From a virus, in IMG/VR virus record IMGVR_UViG_3300042197_002234, positions 64,001-128,000 of that record: DNA of 64,000 nt. One strand, 5' to 3'. Positions 63,770 through 64,000 of this stretch are shown piece by piece. The translations under genes and the position numbers were made by a program. The notes under the pieces were generated by a model. That model was not told the DNA's origin. It saw only the letters and a program-made list of their open reading frames with translations, and did not search any database. Positions within the stretch are counted from its first letter, which is position 1. The number at the start of each line of letters is the position of its first letter.

Positions 63770-64000
63770 ATGTCTGAAAACAAATACATAATTCCTTCGC
63801 CGAGAGTGTTTCATGTTATACCGTGGAATAGTGACAAAAATATTGGTAAGTCATATAATGAGATGATGGCGATGGTTAGAAGTAATGATTGGGTTTGTTT
63901 TTTAGATGGAGATGCGGTTCACACAACATCATTTTTTGGTGTTAGGATTGAGGAGGTAATTAAAAATAATCCTGATTATTCTTTATTTACTTGTTACACA
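63770..64000 (+). CDS. Partial GT2-like protein (runs off the window)
   Basis: MSENKY..NIGKSYN...DWVCFLDGDA. Confidence 0.6.
   Translation, partial: MSENKYIIPSPRVFHVIPWNSDKNIGKSYNEMMAMVRSNDWVCFLDGDAVHTTSFFGVRIEEVIKNNPDYSLFTCYT

Noticed and set aside
1-64000. Alternative genetic code / stop-codon reassignment
   Set aside because: Core genes are intact in code 11, TGA is used as a stop, and no suppressor (CTA/TCA) tRNA was found

Overview
64 kb of a very AT-rich, T4-like (gp17/gp20/gp21/gp22/gp23) large phage, most likely infecting Bacteroidota. Host evidence: TAnnTTTG -7 promoters, few SD sequences, an Omp28-like lipoprotein, and a bS21 gene placed between portal and prohead protease. Layout: glycosyl-modification cluster and gp55-like late sigma (1-7.5 kb); baseplate and putative head-packaged proteins (7.5-21 kb); head morphogenesis (21-35 kb); NTase-M23 fusion, KTSC, ClpC-like ATPase and peptidase (35-42 kb); tmRNA, a GOLLD-like RNA and other ncRNAs (42-45 kb); lysis and RNA-repair genes (45-53 kb); a tRNA array of 27 tRNAs covering all 20 amino acids, mixed with tRNA-like and other structured RNAs (53.5-62.4 kb). 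Main candidate new system: each of the two large tRNA blocks is preceded by a short leader ORF with a terminator/antiterminator switch. The leader codons match the anticodons of that block's tRNAs (11/11 and 15/15), which suggests ribosome-stalling attenuators that monitor the tRNA pool and induce the matching phage tRNAs. All annotations come from reading the sequence and recalling motifs; no searches were run.
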